DNA of 63,880 nucleotides, counting the filler, from Octopus bimaculoides (Eukaryota): the NCBI RefSeq assembly GCF_001194135.2. It is 8 parts of 8 records of this genome, joined end to end, with 100 filler letters (N's around TTAATTAATTAA, not from the genome) between each part and the next. Parts side by side here need not be neighbours in the genome. Positions count along the whole stretch, not along the records: positions 62,039 to 63,880 come from NW_026334358.1; 7 more parts are not named here. One strand, written 5' to 3'. How positions within the stretch are numbered: position 1 is the stretch's first letter; each line of letters opens with the position of its first letter. The notes below the pieces were generated by a model. That model was not told the DNA's origin and searched no databases. It worked only from the letters and a program-made list of their open reading frames with translations. The translations under genes were made by a program, and so were the position numbers. Positions 61,939-63,880 of this stretch are shown here, piece by piece.

Positions 61939-63696
61939 NNNNNNNNNNNNNNNNNNNNNNNNNNNNNNNNNNNNNNNNNNNNTTAATTAATTAANNNNNN
62001 NNNNNNNNNNNNNNNNNNNNNNNNNNNNNNNNNNNNNNGTGTATGTGCGTTGCTGTGTACGTGTGTGTGCGTGCGTTTGCTATTGTAATGAAACAAAAGT
62101 AGAATTGTTTATAGCTTAAGCTATTTGATTTCAGATACTCTTCCAAATGAGTATTTCATCACTGCAAAGACTCTACATCTGTCTTTGTAGTATTTGATAT
62201 TTTCTGTCTTAGGATTCATTTTTTTTTCTTAATCATTATATCTGTAAATGTTCTTTTTTCAATACTATTTCCATTAATTTATGTTTAAAAATTTAGATCC
62301 AGAAAAGTATTTTTAAGATTCCAATAATTTAACAAACACTTGTTTTACTTTCCTCTCTTCACACTTTCAACTTAACTCATGTCATTTGATTTCAGTAAAA
62401 TCTTGTTGATTACTTCGTATAAATTCAAGAAACATTTCTCTGAAATAAGCGAATTCTGAATGTTAATAAGAGTAGCAAAATATTCAATTAGTAGAGAAAA
62501 GTAGAGTGTTCTCTAGCTTTGTAGCTAAGATTTTAATTATATTACATTTGTTGCATTACTAAATGAAATATCTACTATAAAATATAAATTGTACGGCAGT
62601 TTCAAGAACATTCTTTCATCTCAGACAGTATTGTTTACTGATCTAACAGAAACCAATCATGGGTTTCCTTTAGATCAGTAAATTTAAGATAACTCTTTCA
62701 AGTAGAAAGATGTCTACTACTCGACAAATCTGTTGTAGCTCATTTTAGCACTGCAACAGAAATCACTTAAGAAAACAGTTCATTCAAATCACCTCAATGC
62801 TTTGTGATGCTCAATCAGACTGAAAATAACTATATTTTCATTGTATCTGATGTCTAACTAATATTTATTCAAGTTACATTTAAAGAAGTGTTCTTTCATC
62901 TCATCTGAAAATATTCTTCAAAATGTTTAGAAGAATGCCATATGACTATCACTTCTTTCATATTTTCATTTGATTTCATTGCAATTCATATTCGCTAGAA
63001 CATCTTGCTTACTATCCAGTGTATTTCAAGTAAACATAGCTATTAACAATTCTAAATTTGTGCTATTAAACCTCCTTACTTTCATTTCACTTTTGATTTC
63101 ACTCATTCAGAAAATATTCAGGTAACTTTTCTACTTATATCTGTATAAAAAGCAAACTTTTCTACTGTGTTTTCTTAGGTATTAACTTTTGATTTTAATT
63201 TTTTCAGCTGTTACGTCATCTGATGTTAATAACCCCATTTTTAACAATTATGTTTGTTTTTCTAATTTTACATCTGAGCTTTTTATTTTCTCTAGAAATT
63301 CATGTATGCATGAGTAAGTATGAGAGAATGTAGATTTACAGTCATGTTTGCAATGCTTAAAGAATAGGTTTTAATACTGAGCTTTAATTAAGTCTTGTGT
63401 ATAAAAATTCTGGTGGAGTGGCTAGACATAATTGACAAGTTTACTTCGAAACCAAATGGTTTCAAATTCAGTCCCAGTTAGGTGCTCTCCATAGCCCCAG
63501 GCTGAATATAGTTTTGAGTGAATCTGGTTGATGGAAACTGAAAGAACTGTGTAATATATATATATAGAGAGATACTGTAGAACTGTGTTTAAGTTGACTT
63601 TACAAATTCATGCCAAAATCACAAAAATAAAAACAACGGTGATGGTGATTGAATTATATTCATCATCGTAATCATCATCATTTTAATGTCCATACC

Positions 63697-63745
<49 letters not shown>

Positions 63746-63880
63746 NNNNNNNNNNTATATATATAATGTATATACTAAGGTTTGGTAGGTGAGTTCAGTA
63801 AAAAATTTAGATTCAAAATTGAATGTGACGCTTAAGTTTAGGCACCAGAATATAGTATGGTATTATCCAAACAATTCCAA

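Noticed and set aside
9138-61994. TTAATTAATTAA at 9138, 16020, 37235, 40333, 44720, 47189 and 61983
   Set aside because: It is always centred inside N-runs and has stops in all six frames. It is an assembly contig-joining spacer, not biology.

Overview
AT-rich, microsatellite- and gap-rich animal genomic DNA, most likely an octopus scaffold. This is inferred from the SINE families, the GC-rich long-branch 18S fragment and TTAATTAATTAA spacers inside N-gaps. Two minus-strand genes were reconstructed by hand with GT-AG junctions and consistent phases. (1) A complete 5-exon SLC16/monocarboxylate-transporter-like MFS gene, join(36163-35410, 25939-25796, 24665-24252, 22069-21725, 20931-20804), 1785 nt or 594 aa. 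(2) The last 8 exons (58500-48062, about 683 codons) of a divergent dynein heavy chain, DNHD1-like. The rest is an orphan 18S rRNA 3' fragment, several tRNA-derived SINE families, and relics of R4/Dong, CR1-like, Tx1/L1, Penelope, Helitron, hAT and Tc1/mariner elements plus foldback MITEs. The most interesting unexplained signals are: several degenerate minimal hammerhead-ribozyme-like motifs, often as back-to-back inverted pairs; two different MITE families with a (TTAGGG)n core; and two diverged tandem copies of an unidentified ORF with a GFxWxLKLDRxW motif inside transporter intron 3. No database searches or folding programs were run, and family assignments rest on remembered motifs.
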